From Patescibacteria group bacterium (GTDB lineage Bacteria > Patescibacteriota > Minisyncoccia > Minisyncoccales > UBA10102): 64,000 nt of DNA. The number at the start of each line of letters is the position of its first letter. Position 1 is the first letter of the stretch. This document shows positions 53,929-62,163 of the stretch, one piece after another. Below the pieces are notes generated by a model that saw only the letters and a program-made list of their open reading frames with translations, did no database searches and was not told where the DNA came from. A program made the translations under genes and the position numbers. The stretch is from the NCBI GenBank assembly GCA_024239055.1, contig JANBVJ010000002.1:3874-67873 (forward strand), read 5' to 3'.

Positions 53929-54636
53929 TTACTCTCCCCTGTAGTCTTTAGCCCACTCGTATCTGCCAATAAAAGTATCATATTCTGATGGATCACTAGG
54001 ATGACGTTGTACTTTACTTAGAAAGTGTTCAAGTCCAATATCATGTAACATTACCAGATTTTTTGAATCTGCTCTATACATCGCATCGGCATACCTTCCT
54101 TCAAATAATGCTTCACCAAAATGTCCATGACCTAAAGAACCTCTTCTATATTCTTCTGCAATTTGTGAGTTAGGGAATTTTTCTACATAAATTTGGTAAA
54201 GGTCACTTGCTTTTGATTTTTGCCAGTCTGTGAATTTTCTATCATCTTCTTTGGAAACACCTTCCTTGAAATATCCTTTACGAATTTCCTTTGCTTCTTC
54301 ATCTGAAATAACATTTTCAAGTCTTGCTTTTCTTACACTATTTTCAAGTCTTGCTTTTCTTACACCAACATAGTTTCCTCCACAATCACAAACTCCTGAA
54401 TGATGTGAATGTGCATCCATTTCTAGATGATCTTTGATGTGTTGTTTTACTTCTTGTTGAGTATCTCTCGTAATTTCAGAGTTACAAACTGGACAGAAGC
54501 CAGTTGAACCACTCCACAACCTTTCTTTTCTAATCTTAACTCCCTCAGTCTTTGTAGACTGGTCTCTTGACATTCTTGTTCCCTTTTCGTATTTTGTGTG
54601 AGGATGAAATTTCCCCTTTTCCATGTGACCTTTCAT
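53929..54636 (-). CDS. KGFKD-leader family protein (KGH variant) with zinc-finger-like segment
   Basis: MKGHMEKGKFHPHTKYEKGTRMSRDQSTKTEGVKIRKER; CPVCNSE...H..DH; internal 9-aa duplication VRKARLENS/VRKARLENV. Confidence 0.7.
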   Translation of the reverse strand: MKGHMEKGKFHPHTKYEKGTRMSRDQSTKTEGVKIRKERLWSGSTGFCPVCNSEITRDTQQEVKQHIKDHLEMDAHSHHSGVCDCGGNYVGVRKARLENSVRKARLENVISDEEAKEIRKGYFKEGVSKEDDRKFTDWQKSKASDLYQIYVEKFPNSQIAEEYRRGSLGHGHFGEALFEGRYADAMYRADSKNLVMLHDIGLEHFLSKVQRHPSDPSEYDTFIGRYEWAKDYRGE

Positions 54637-55109
54637 TTCTTTATATCATCACACAACATACACCACTGACTTTCTGGATGATGAATATCTACACCAGAAG
54701 AAGCAACGTGGAATACTTTTCCACCTCTAAATTCGGTTCTTATCGGTTTATTTTTAGATACATGTCTGTACCTTGCAGATCTTTTGAACCTGTCTGGTAC
54801 TTCACATAAAACTGCCTTTACTCCACTTCCACCTAACTGAAATGTTCTGCACTCTCCACCTTTCTTAATTTTATTTGGATCGAACTGCCTAATCCTCAAA
54901 GTGTTTTTCTGAGTATCTACCTTCGTTGATTTAAACTCGTGATCACTTGCCCACTTCTTAGCCTTTGACATGTTGAATTTTTTCTTATCAAATATCAAAG
55001 TCTGAATTTTTGATTTTTCAAACTTTTTTGTTCTTGATGCTTTTGTTACTCCCCTCTTCATTCTTGAGATGGGATGGAACTTGTTGTTAGAATCTTTAAA
55101 GCCCTTCAT
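54633..55109 (-). CDS. KGFKD-leader family protein
   Basis: MKGFKDSNNKFHPISRMKRGVTKASRTKK. Confidence 0.7.
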   Translation of the reverse strand: MKGFKDSNNKFHPISRMKRGVTKASRTKKFEKSKIQTLIFDKKKFNMSKAKKWASDHEFKSTKVDTQKNTLRIRQFDPNKIKKGGECRTFQLGGSGVKAVLCEVPDRFKRSARYRHVSKNKPIRTEFRGGKVFHVASSGVDIHHPESQWCMLCDDIKK

Positions 55110-55486
55110 TATAGGAACCTAATCTCATTTTTTACTTCATCCGGTAATGTTCTTCTTTCCTCTTTGGTTAGTTTTCTTAGATCTTTCTTTAGATCATTTC
55201 TTAATGCTTTTATTACTTGATTATTTTGTTTAATCTGATCTCTTCTCGAAACTGCAAACGCTGAATCTGGACTTGATTCTATCTTATCTGCTATTGCTTC
55301 ATTTCTATCTGTTAATTTTTCTTTTAATGCTACATCTCTGTTAATGTCCTTTTTTATCATTCCAAAAGATTCTTCTCGCTTTGGAAGTCTTAATTCTAAC
55401 TTTGGAACTAATGACTTTCTGGTTTTGCTGTATCTCTTATTCCTTATCGGATGGAACTTTCCCCTCTTATCGGTAAAGCCTTTCAT
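55109..55486 (-). CDS. KGFKD-leader family protein, short coiled-coil body
   Basis: MKGFTDKRGKFHPIRNKRYSKTRKS. Confidence 0.65.
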   Translation of the reverse strand: MKGFTDKRGKFHPIRNKRYSKTRKSLVPKLELRLPKREESFGMIKKDINRDVALKEKLTDRNEAIADKIESSPDSAFAVSRRDQIKQNNQVIKALRNDLKKDLRKLTKEERRTLPDEVKNEIRFL

Positions 55487-56101
55487 CTAAAACACATCCA
55501 CATCGCTAAGGAAAGATTTTACAAATACATTTTCACTTAATCGTTTCAATTTATCCATTGGTGCTTTTTTGAGTACATCTTTTAATTGATCTGATGCTTC
55601 TTGTGAGTAATCATAAGAAGTTGCCAAGAAATTCCCTGCAACATAAAACTCAGTTCCACCTTCAATGTCATTCATAATATCAAAACCTAAAACAGAATCT
55701 ATTTCATTTCTTGCATTTTGTAGAATGTGTTCATATAGAACAGCAACTACATCTACATCTGATAATGATGTTCCTGTGTCATCTGCAAATTCTCTAGCCA
55801 AGTCTGCTACTTCACCACCATCCAAACCAACTTCTTCTCCTTTATCAACTGCTGATGCTATATCACCTGAACCAAAATCTGTAATACTCGAAGTGAATCT
55901 GTCAAACTCTCTAGCCCTTATTTCTGCTGATACAGGTTCAGATTTAAGTTCAAACATTTTTTCAATACTTTTTTCTGGAACTCTTGCTTTTCTTTCAATC
56001 TTAATTCCTGTAATCTTTGCAGATTGATCTCTTGACTTTCTAACTCCCTTTGATTGAGTTATGGGATGGAACTTGTTGTTAGAATCCTTGAAGCCCTTCA
56101 T
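55487..56101 (-). CDS. KGFKD-leader family protein, acidic body
   Basis: MKGFKDSNNKFHPITQSKGVRKSRDQSAKITGIKIERKAR. Confidence 0.7.
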   Translation of the reverse strand: MKGFKDSNNKFHPITQSKGVRKSRDQSAKITGIKIERKARVPEKSIEKMFELKSEPVSAEIRAREFDRFTSSITDFGSGDIASAVDKGEEVGLDGGEVADLAREFADDTGTSLSDVDVVAVLYEHILQNARNEIDSVLGFDIMNDIEGGTEFYVAGNFLATSYDYSQEASDQLKDVLKKAPMDKLKRLSENVFVKSFLSDVDVF

Positions 56102-56823
56102 CTTTTATCATCCTTATGCATAACTTTCTTGAAAGATTTGTCAGATGGATCATACAAAGTCAGATTACCACGATTGTTTAGATTGTAATCATTGTCTGTA
56201 TTACCACTTTCGAATCCTTGACCAGAACCTATACCAAAGAATGCCTTGTCTGCTCCACCTGCTTTTTTTACTGCATCCTCAGTTGTGAATCCATGCTGTT
56301 CGCCTTTTGGTTTTGTAAGATCGTAAAAGTCATTGCCACCATAAATTGTATGAAAATTATCTTCTTCTTCATCATCTTGTTGAATCTCAAATCCTTCTGT
56401 AACCCAATTTACTGCTTCCTCTCCCTCCTTCTCTTGTATTGTTTCTATTTCATTTTGTGATAACTCGTTTCCTTCTTCGTCAGTTGCATAACTTGTAGTG
56501 ACGTATGCTGTCTCTTCATCACTACCATCTACATCCAAGTCGTTCTGAACTCTTTTTTGGAAAAAGTCTTTCTTTATGAAATCAATTACCTCATCGAGAT
56601 TTTTTGCCCTGATATGTGCTGTTTCTTGTCTGTCCCCATCATACTCAGTTGACCTTGTTGAATAAATTACAAAGAGATGTGATTTTACTTTTACTCCATC
56701 TTTTTTGAATCGTTCTTTCATTCTTACTCCCTGAGTCTTTGCAGATTGATCTCTTGACTTTCTTGTACCCTTCTTGTAGTCAGTTATCGGATGGAACTTT
56801 CCATCTTTAGTGAATCCTTTCAA
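56098..56823 (-). CDS. KGFKD-leader family protein, acidic body
   Basis: MKGFTKDGKFHPITDYKKGTRKSRDQSAKTQGVRMKER; EIQQDDEEEDNF. Confidence 0.7.
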   Translation of the reverse strand: MKGFTKDGKFHPITDYKKGTRKSRDQSAKTQGVRMKERFKKDGVKVKSHLFVIYSTRSTEYDGDRQETAHIRAKNLDEVIDFIKKDFFQKRVQNDLDVDGSDEETAYVTTSYATDEEGNELSQNEIETIQEKEGEEAVNWVTEGFEIQQDDEEEDNFHTIYGGNDFYDLTKPKGEQHGFTTEDAVKKAGGADKAFFGIGSGQGFESGNTDNDYNLNNRGNLTLYDPSDKSFKKVMHKDDKR

Positions 56824-56862
56824 CGGAATTTTCCCTCATTGAATGCTCTCTGAACTTTATCT

Positions 56863-57318
56863 TTATCTGATTGCATCTTTTATTGCCCTTCTTGCTTCAC
56901 CTAATGTTGAAAATCCTTGAAATTTACCAAGTGCATTAATGTCACCATCAACATCAATTATTCTAACTGTAAATGCCCTTGCTGAACCTGCATGTTTGAC
57001 AGTTCCTTTATCTGCTTCACTTGTAATAAAATAAATATTTGATTTTTGATAATCTTTCAACTCACCTTCTGACCACATTAATTCTGATAATCTACTTGAA
57101 AAAAATCTCATTGTATCTTTATCAAAGAAATGTGGTGAACCTTTTTCTGCTCTACGTTTTATTTCATCTCCCAAATATCTACCTCTATCAAGAAACTGTT
57201 TCATAGATGTAGTTTTCAGTAAAACTCCTTCTTGTTTTACGTTCTGGTCTCTGGATTTTCTAACGCCTTTGTAATCTGTTATCGGATGGAACTTTCCATC
57301 TCTAGTAAATCCTTTCAT
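56863..57318 (-). CDS. KGFKD-leader family protein
   Basis: MKGFTRDGKFHPITDYKGVRKSRDQNVKQEGVLLK. Confidence 0.7.
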   Translation of the reverse strand: MKGFTRDGKFHPITDYKGVRKSRDQNVKQEGVLLKTTSMKQFLDRGRYLGDEIKRRAEKGSPHFFDKDTMRFFSSRLSELMWSEGELKDYQKSNIYFITSEADKGTVKHAGSARAFTVRIIDVDGDINALGKFQGFSTLGEARRAIKDAIR

Positions 57319-57947
57319 GCGTGTTTTCGAGACTCCATTATTTGTTCAATGACTTGATCCATTAAAGTATCCATTTCATTTTGTGCTCCTTCAAAGTATT
57401 TGTCACGATCACCTATCAATTCATTGTTATCATCTATCTTGTTTAGTTCTTCTATCAGAAGATTGGTTATTGGTAAATCGAACCCTTCATTTTCAAATCT
57501 TCTTACTTCAAAGTCATTACCTTCTCCTTCTAAGTTATCTCCACCATTGTTGAAGATTTCATAATAAAGATTTGATGCTCTTCTATAAAGATCTACATTT
57601 CGATCAGGTGATTCTCCTTCATTTGGAACTAATTTATTTAATACATCTGCTTCATTTTGATATTTTCCTTTTTGACTCCAATAGGATCTTTCAATATCTC
57701 TTGCTTTTCTTTCACCATGAATTAATTCTACATTTGCTAAATTCTTTCTACAACTTGGACATTTATTTGATACAGGACTATAATGATGTGTCAAATCGGT
57801 TTTACAGAAAGGACAATGTAAAGAATCTCTTGCTTTTCTTTCAACCTTAACTCCTGTTGACTTTGTAGATTGATCTCTAGATTTTCTAGTTCCCTTCTTG
57901 TAGTCAGTTATTGGATGGAAAGTTCCATCTCTTGTAAAGCCTCTCAT
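57315..57947 (-). CDS. KGFKD-leader family protein with zinc ribbon
   Basis: ORF track 57315..57962. ATG at 57947 (ATGA overlap) gives MRGFTRDGTFHPITDYKKGTRKSRDQSTKSTGVKVERKAR; CPFC...CPSC. Confidence 0.7.
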   Translation of the reverse strand: MRGFTRDGTFHPITDYKKGTRKSRDQSTKSTGVKVERKARDSLHCPFCKTDLTHHYSPVSNKCPSCRKNLANVELIHGERKARDIERSYWSQKGKYQNEADVLNKLVPNEGESPDRNVDLYRRASNLYYEIFNNGGDNLEGEGNDFEVRRFENEGFDLPITNLLIEELNKIDDNNELIGDRDKYFEGAQNEMDTLMDQVIEQIMESRKHA

Positions 57948-58282
57948 ACTATTAACTTCCAATCCTTTGTATCTGGAATTTTTTTTACTTCTCTTTTAAC
58001 TTCTGGATATTGTTTTGGACTTTTTTCAACTACTTCATATAATCTTCCCCATTTCACATCACCAGCAAAAGTAGAATTCTTTGCAAGAATTATACCTCTC
58101 TTTCCATTTGTTGTTCTTGCTACGAGTGTGCCTCTAAGTCCCTCTCCTTTTTTTGCAATAAACTTGTTGATGTTTGCTTTTCCTTCTGGATTGTCACCTA
58201 CGTTAATTTTTCTTCTAGTCTTACTTGGACTTCTTTTGTTTCTAATCGGATGGAACTTGCCTTTTTTAGTAAAGCCTTTCAT
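57944..58282 (-). CDS. KGFKD-leader family protein (short, basic)
   Basis: ORF track 57944..58309. ATG at 58282 (TAATG overlap) gives MKGFTKKGKFHPIRNKRSPSKTRRK. Confidence 0.65.
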   Translation of the reverse strand: MKGFTKKGKFHPIRNKRSPSKTRRKINVGDNPEGKANINKFIAKKGEGLRGTLVARTTNGKRGIILAKNSTFAGDVKWGRLYEVVEKSPKQYPEVKREVKKIPDTKDWKLIV

Positions 58283-58902
58283 TATAGTTCTGCTCCACAA
58301 TCTTTGCAAATCCCTGTAGAAGTTCCTGTCTTGTAACCCTTATGACATCTCCAACAATATTGTATAGCAGGTCTAGCAAAAACATCTAAGTTTCTAACTG
58401 TACCATCAGGAAACATTGCATGTTTGTAACTTCCATGTCCAGCACCATCTGGTTCTGTCCATGTTTCAACTCTTATGTTACTTCCTCTGTAATCAACAAA
58501 CTCTGGTTCACCAAACTTTATTCCCATCTCCATTAATCTTTTTTTGTTGTCACCATCTGCACGTTCTAATGCTCTATACATATCTCCTGATGCTAAAGCC
58601 TGAACAAAACTACCTCCCATTTTTAGAAATAGATCCCCATGACCCTCTTTAACACTACGAGAATATTCTTTTGAGATAGGTGCATCAGGAAATGCTCTTA
58701 CATAATGCATCCAGTTGTAAGATGGTTTATTTTCTACAATTGTTCTCTTTAGTCTGTACCCTTCATTATCATATTTGGAAGTGTGAAAAACTTTGACTCC
58801 ACCAGTTGGAGTCACCATGTCTTTTGATGGCATCCTTTTTTTTCTTGAAGATTGAGTAATAGGATGAAAAGTACCTTTACTATCCTTGAATCCTTTGACC
58901 AT
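58282..58902 (-). CDS. KGFKD-leader family protein (operon-leading MVKGFKD type) with C-terminal zinc ribbon
   Basis: MVKGFKDSKGTFHPITQSSRKKRMPSKD...GGVKV; CWRC...CKDCG; conserved promoter upstream. Confidence 0.7.
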   Translation of the reverse strand: MVKGFKDSKGTFHPITQSSRKKRMPSKDMVTPTGGVKVFHTSKYDNEGYRLKRTIVENKPSYNWMHYVRAFPDAPISKEYSRSVKEGHGDLFLKMGGSFVQALASGDMYRALERADGDNKKRLMEMGIKFGEPEFVDYRGSNIRVETWTEPDGAGHGSYKHAMFPDGTVRNLDVFARPAIQYCWRCHKGYKTGTSTGICKDCGAEL

Positions 58903-58940
58903 TCTACTCTAAAATAGTCACAATCTATTATCTTTTAAAG
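58903..58940 (-). promoter_or_regulatory. conserved promoter of MVKGFKD-type operon-leading gene
   Basis: Coding strand reads CTTTAAAAGATAATAG-N7-CTATTTTAGAGTAGA-ATG, a near-duplicate of 48654-48690. Confidence 0.55.
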
Positions 58941-59056
58941 CGATTTGCTGAACAAATTTGAACTTGAGAGTGGATTTCCACAACTCAAGCCAGTCACGAT
59001 TCATTCACATATCTCCCTCCCCAATAGAGTTTAATTGAATCAGACATCTAAGGCTA

Positions 59057-59160
59057 AGAAAAATTGTTTAAAAAATGTTTTGTAATTCGTCAATTAAAGG
59101 AGACATTAAAGAAAAATTGTTTGAAAATGTTTTGTAATTCGTCAATTAAAGGAGACATTA
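59057..59160. repeat. tandem direct repeat, 2 x about 52 bp
   Basis: agaaaaattgttt(a)aaaaatgttttgtaattcgtcaattaaaggagacatta occurs at 59057-59108 and 59110-59160, with one substitution and one 1-nt indel, in the divergent intergenic region. Confidence 0.8.
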
Positions 59161-59195
59161 TACTAATTTGTACTAAGTGAACCTGCATTTTTTAC

Positions 59196-59318
59196 ATGGC
59201 TAAACAATCTCATGCCTCAAGAGTGAAGGCAGGAAAAAAAGGTGCTAGAACTCGAAAAGCGAAAAAGGCTAAACGAAAAGCATCAGCACGTAAAAGTGCA
59301 AGAAGAAGAAAACGCTAG
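59196..59318 (+). CDS. possible 40-aa Arg/Lys-rich peptide
   Basis: Hand translation MAKQSHASRVKAGKKGARTRKAKKAKRKASARKSARRRKR; plus strand, just downstream of the tandem repeat; below ORF-track cutoff. Confidence 0.35.
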   Translation: MAKQSHASRVKAGKKGARTRKAKKAKRKASARKSARRRKR

Positions 59319-59791
59319 TCTGATTCAGTAGTAATGATGATGACAGCAATTATTTTTTTATTTATCTCTACTTCCAGTTCACCATGATGTATTCTTACAA
59401 AGTGTTCCTTGTGACCTGAACCTTTGAAGTTTCCTTTGCACTTGTAAATATCAACCTTTGACATGTTTAGATCTCCTGTTGCCTTTCTTTGTAAGTTCAT
59501 GTAGACTTTGCCAATAGGACATCTTAATTGTGGTTGCCTTTCAAACAATCTTTTTCCTAAGACTTTGCCATCAGGTTTTTTAAAAATATCTGAAACATTA
59601 TTGAGTAGGAAATATTTTTTTGCTTTCTTAATTATAATCAGATGTTCATTGTGTGCCTTGTCTCCCTTGCAGTGACCAATCCAAACTCCTAACTTTCTAC
59701 TTGATATTGGTTGCAGATAGTTGAGTCTGTTTGGTCTTGATTGAATCTCACCAATGACACACCTGTAGTTTTTTGCTTGTGCCTCTTTCAT
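59315..59791 (-). CDS. hypothetical basic protein
   Basis: 158-aa ORF. Confidence 0.45.
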   Translation of the reverse strand: MKEAQAKNYRCVIGEIQSRPNRLNYLQPISSRKLGVWIGHCKGDKAHNEHLIIIKKAKKYFLLNNVSDIFKKPDGKVLGKRLFERQPQLRCPIGKVYMNLQRKATGDLNMSKVDIYKCKGNFKGSGHKEHFVRIHHGELEVEINKKIIAVIIITTESD

Positions 59792-60447
59792 TTTAGTTCT
59801 TCCAGAGATTGCATTAGTGTCAACTGCTTTTCCTTTGATGGCATAAGATCAATGCCAAACATTCCAATGAAAACTCTTCCACATACAACATGAAAATTGA
59901 AAGTTTCTCTTCTGTAAAGTTTTTGTGAGAACAAAGTTACTGATGAAATTGTTTCTCCCCAATGTCTAGGATTGTCAAGTGTATTGCACTGCTCTTGGCA
60001 AGTGCATGTTAACTCATGTAAACAAAGCCTGCAAACTTTGTTTCTATGATCACGAAGAATTTGTCCCATGTGTTTTATTCTTCTCCAAACTTCATTCTGC
60101 ATTTCAGTCTTGATTTGTCTTTGTCTTTCAATCGGACTGTTTAAAGATACAAGTTTGTCTTGTTCTTGAAGTGCTCTAGTAATCTCCCTTTCAAGATCTC
60201 TTACTTTTTCATCGTATGCTTTTTCTGGTTTCCATATTTTCTGCCTTAATCCCTGCAAATTATTCATTCTAGTCTTGATATTTTGAGACTGAACTAGCAA
60301 TCTCCCAAAAACTTGATCGGAATGAGACTGACAAACTTCTCTTTCACCATTCCACATTCCATGTGCATCTCTGTAGTAGATGTAATTAATTCCAGTTATC
60401 GATCCACATCTTAAACCGTTTTCTTTTATGTGCTGACAACTTCCCAT
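59788..60447 (-). CDS. hypothetical Cys/His-rich protein
   Basis: 219-aa ORF with several C/H clusters (CQH...C, CRLCLHELTCTCQEQC). Confidence 0.45.
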   Translation of the reverse strand: MGSCQHIKENGLRCGSITGINYIYYRDAHGMWNGEREVCQSHSDQVFGRLLVQSQNIKTRMNNLQGLRQKIWKPEKAYDEKVRDLEREITRALQEQDKLVSLNSPIERQRQIKTEMQNEVWRRIKHMGQILRDHRNKVCRLCLHELTCTCQEQCNTLDNPRHWGETISSVTLFSQKLYRRETFNFHVVCGRVFIGMFGIDLMPSKEKQLTLMQSLEELK

Positions 60448-60612
60448 TCACTTCACTTTCTTTTTGAGATGATCTGCACGACACTTTAATGAACAGAAAA
60501 AAAGATCATGGAAAAAAGTTGGGTTCTCCCTGAAATAAAGTCCACAATACTTTTCACACTCTGCACATTCTAGAGTTGTGTACTTTAATTTGTCATCATC
60601 ATACATTGTCAT
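60448..60612 (-). CDS. small FCS/TRASH-like zinc-finger protein (54 aa, not in ORF track)
   Basis: Hand translation MTMYDDDKLKYTTLECAECEKYCGLYFRENPTFFHDLFFCSLKCRADHLKKKVK; TGAATG junction with 59788..60447. Confidence 0.4.
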   Translation of the reverse strand: MTMYDDDKLKYTTLECAECEKYCGLYFRENPTFFHDLFFCSLKCRADHLKKKVK

Positions 60613-60663
60613 TGGGTACTCTGTTTCCGTAAATTCTCAGGAATAAAAGAATTTCTATGATCT

Positions 60664-61329
60664 TTATCCGAACCTAATTTTATAGATAAATGGTTCGTTG
60701 TTGGCAAGATTGTTTATCTTTGTACAATCTCCACCACATGTAACCTCTACATCATACCTAGTCAGTTCAACATCAGCAAATACCCTTATACCTGTATCAA
60801 AAGTAAATGGTAAATCTGATAATGATCTTTCTTTGACTACCATTGTCTTTGTGCCAATTGATCTTCCATCATCTGTCCTGATGAACTCCATTGTAATTGT
60901 GAATTCTAGATCTGTGATGTTTGTAAATGCAAGTTGGGTTACAAGTGCATCAAAATTTTCTGTAGTTATTACTGGTAGCAATTGCAAGAATGTCCCACTT
61001 CCTTCTGTATAACATCTATCAAAGTCTGCTACAGCAACTTCTGGATGGAATACCTGTCCACCAGAATTTGGTGAAGATCTTCCCAAGTACAACCGTTGAT
61101 CAGTCTCCAAGTCTAAACCAAAACCTGCTTCATCAAATGCTCCCCACAATTTAAATCGCAAATCACAAACTGTAGAACCATCTCTGTTTTTTGCTTTGTT
61201 TGCTTGTTGTTCAAAGAAATCTTCAATGAATGCAAAAACATTTGTAAAAAATGCTGAAAAGAATGTTATTGCAAAGACAATTACAATAAGAAAAAAGGCT
61301 ACACCAATTAGCGAACCTGCTAATCCCAA
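60664..61329 (-). CDS. membrane-anchored protein
   Basis: N-terminal long hydrophobic segment GLAGSLIGVAFFLIVIVFAITFFSAFFTNVFAFI; abuts 61330..62163. Confidence 0.5.
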   Translation of the reverse strand: MGLAGSLIGVAFFLIVIVFAITFFSAFFTNVFAFIEDFFEQQANKAKNRDGSTVCDLRFKLWGAFDEAGFGLDLETDQRLYLGRSSPNSGGQVFHPEVAVADFDRCYTEGSGTFLQLLPVITTENFDALVTQLAFTNITDLEFTITMEFIRTDDGRSIGTKTMVVKERSLSDLPFTFDTGIRVFADVELTRYDVEVTCGGDCTKINNLANNEPFIYKIRFG

Positions 61330-62163
61330 TTAAACTATCTCCGATGGAAAGCCAAACTTAAAGTCCTTGTTCTCACTTTTCTCTTGATCTTTTGCCATCT
61401 CATCAAAGACATCCTGTGCAAATGTTGTTTCTTGTTTCTGTTCTGTATCGGCTTTCTTTTCTGACTGTTCTGCCTTTGCTTTTGATTCTTTTACATCTTC
61501 TTTTGGAGCACCTTGATTCATTCGTTTATTCAGTTCATCAATGTCTTTTTGATGCTGTTTTTCTGCTTCTTTGTGTTGTTTTGCTTCATTTTGTAATTTT
61601 TCTATCTTGTTAAGCCATTTTTTATGATCTTGTTTCTCTTGCTGTGCAAACTTGTCATCTCTTTCTGCTTCAATCTTCTTGAAAACTGCTTCTGACTCTG
61701 TTAGTGCCATTTCAAATGCATCGTTAAGTTGTTTCTGTTCTGCTTCACTCTTTCCTTTAATTTTTTCCTTGAACCTTTTTTCTTCCCTGATAAATTCTCC
61801 AAGAACTTTTTCAACAAATCTGTTTGTCTTTTTTCCTTGTGGAAGGTCAGGAATGTTTTGTCTGATAAACTTCTCAAGTTCTTTTGGTCTTGTAATTTCC
61901 TGTGCTCTTGCTAATCTAAATGACCTTATCAATGCAACTCTGAATTTTCTACGAAGATCTAAATCTTCTTGGAATTTTTGATTCTGAGTTGATTTCCAAT
62001 CATTGTATCTGTCTCGATTTAATCTTGCAAAGTCCTTTGCTCCCTGACTCAGAATTTCAGATAGACCGGAATCATTTGCATATCTAACTCTAGACTTTCT
62101 TACTCCCTTTGATTGAGAAATCGGATGGAATTTGCCATCCCGATCTTTAAATCCTTTAACCAT
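61330..62163 (-). CDS. KGFKD-leader family protein (MVKGFKD type), K/E-rich coiled-coil body
   Basis: MVKGFKDRDGKFHPISQSKGVRKSRVRY; separated from the main array by three unrelated genes. Confidence 0.7.
   Translation of the reverse strand: MVKGFKDRDGKFHPISQSKGVRKSRVRYANDSGLSEILSQGAKDFARLNRDRYNDWKSTQNQKFQEDLDLRRKFRVALIRSFRLARAQEITRPKELEKFIRQNIPDLPQGKKTNRFVEKVLGEFIREEKRFKEKIKGKSEAEQKQLNDAFEMALTESEAVFKKIEAERDDKFAQQEKQDHKKWLNKIEKLQNEAKQHKEAEKQHQKDIDELNKRMNQGAPKEDVKESKAKAEQSEKKADTEQKQETTFAQDVFDEMAKDQEKSENKDFKFGFPSEIV

Noticed and set aside
54314-54365. 27-bp tandem duplication inside 53929..54636 (VRKARLENS/VRKARLENV)
   Set aside because: In-frame local duplication within one gene. Noted in the feature but not considered a separate functional element.
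42795-58902. Regularly spaced near-identical repeats of about 42 nt every 0.4-1.1 kb, which could superficially suggest a CRISPR-like or satellite array
   Set aside because: The repeats are the 5' coding ends (leaders) of consecutive genes. Spacing is far too large and irregular for CRISPR, and the spacers are long ORFs.
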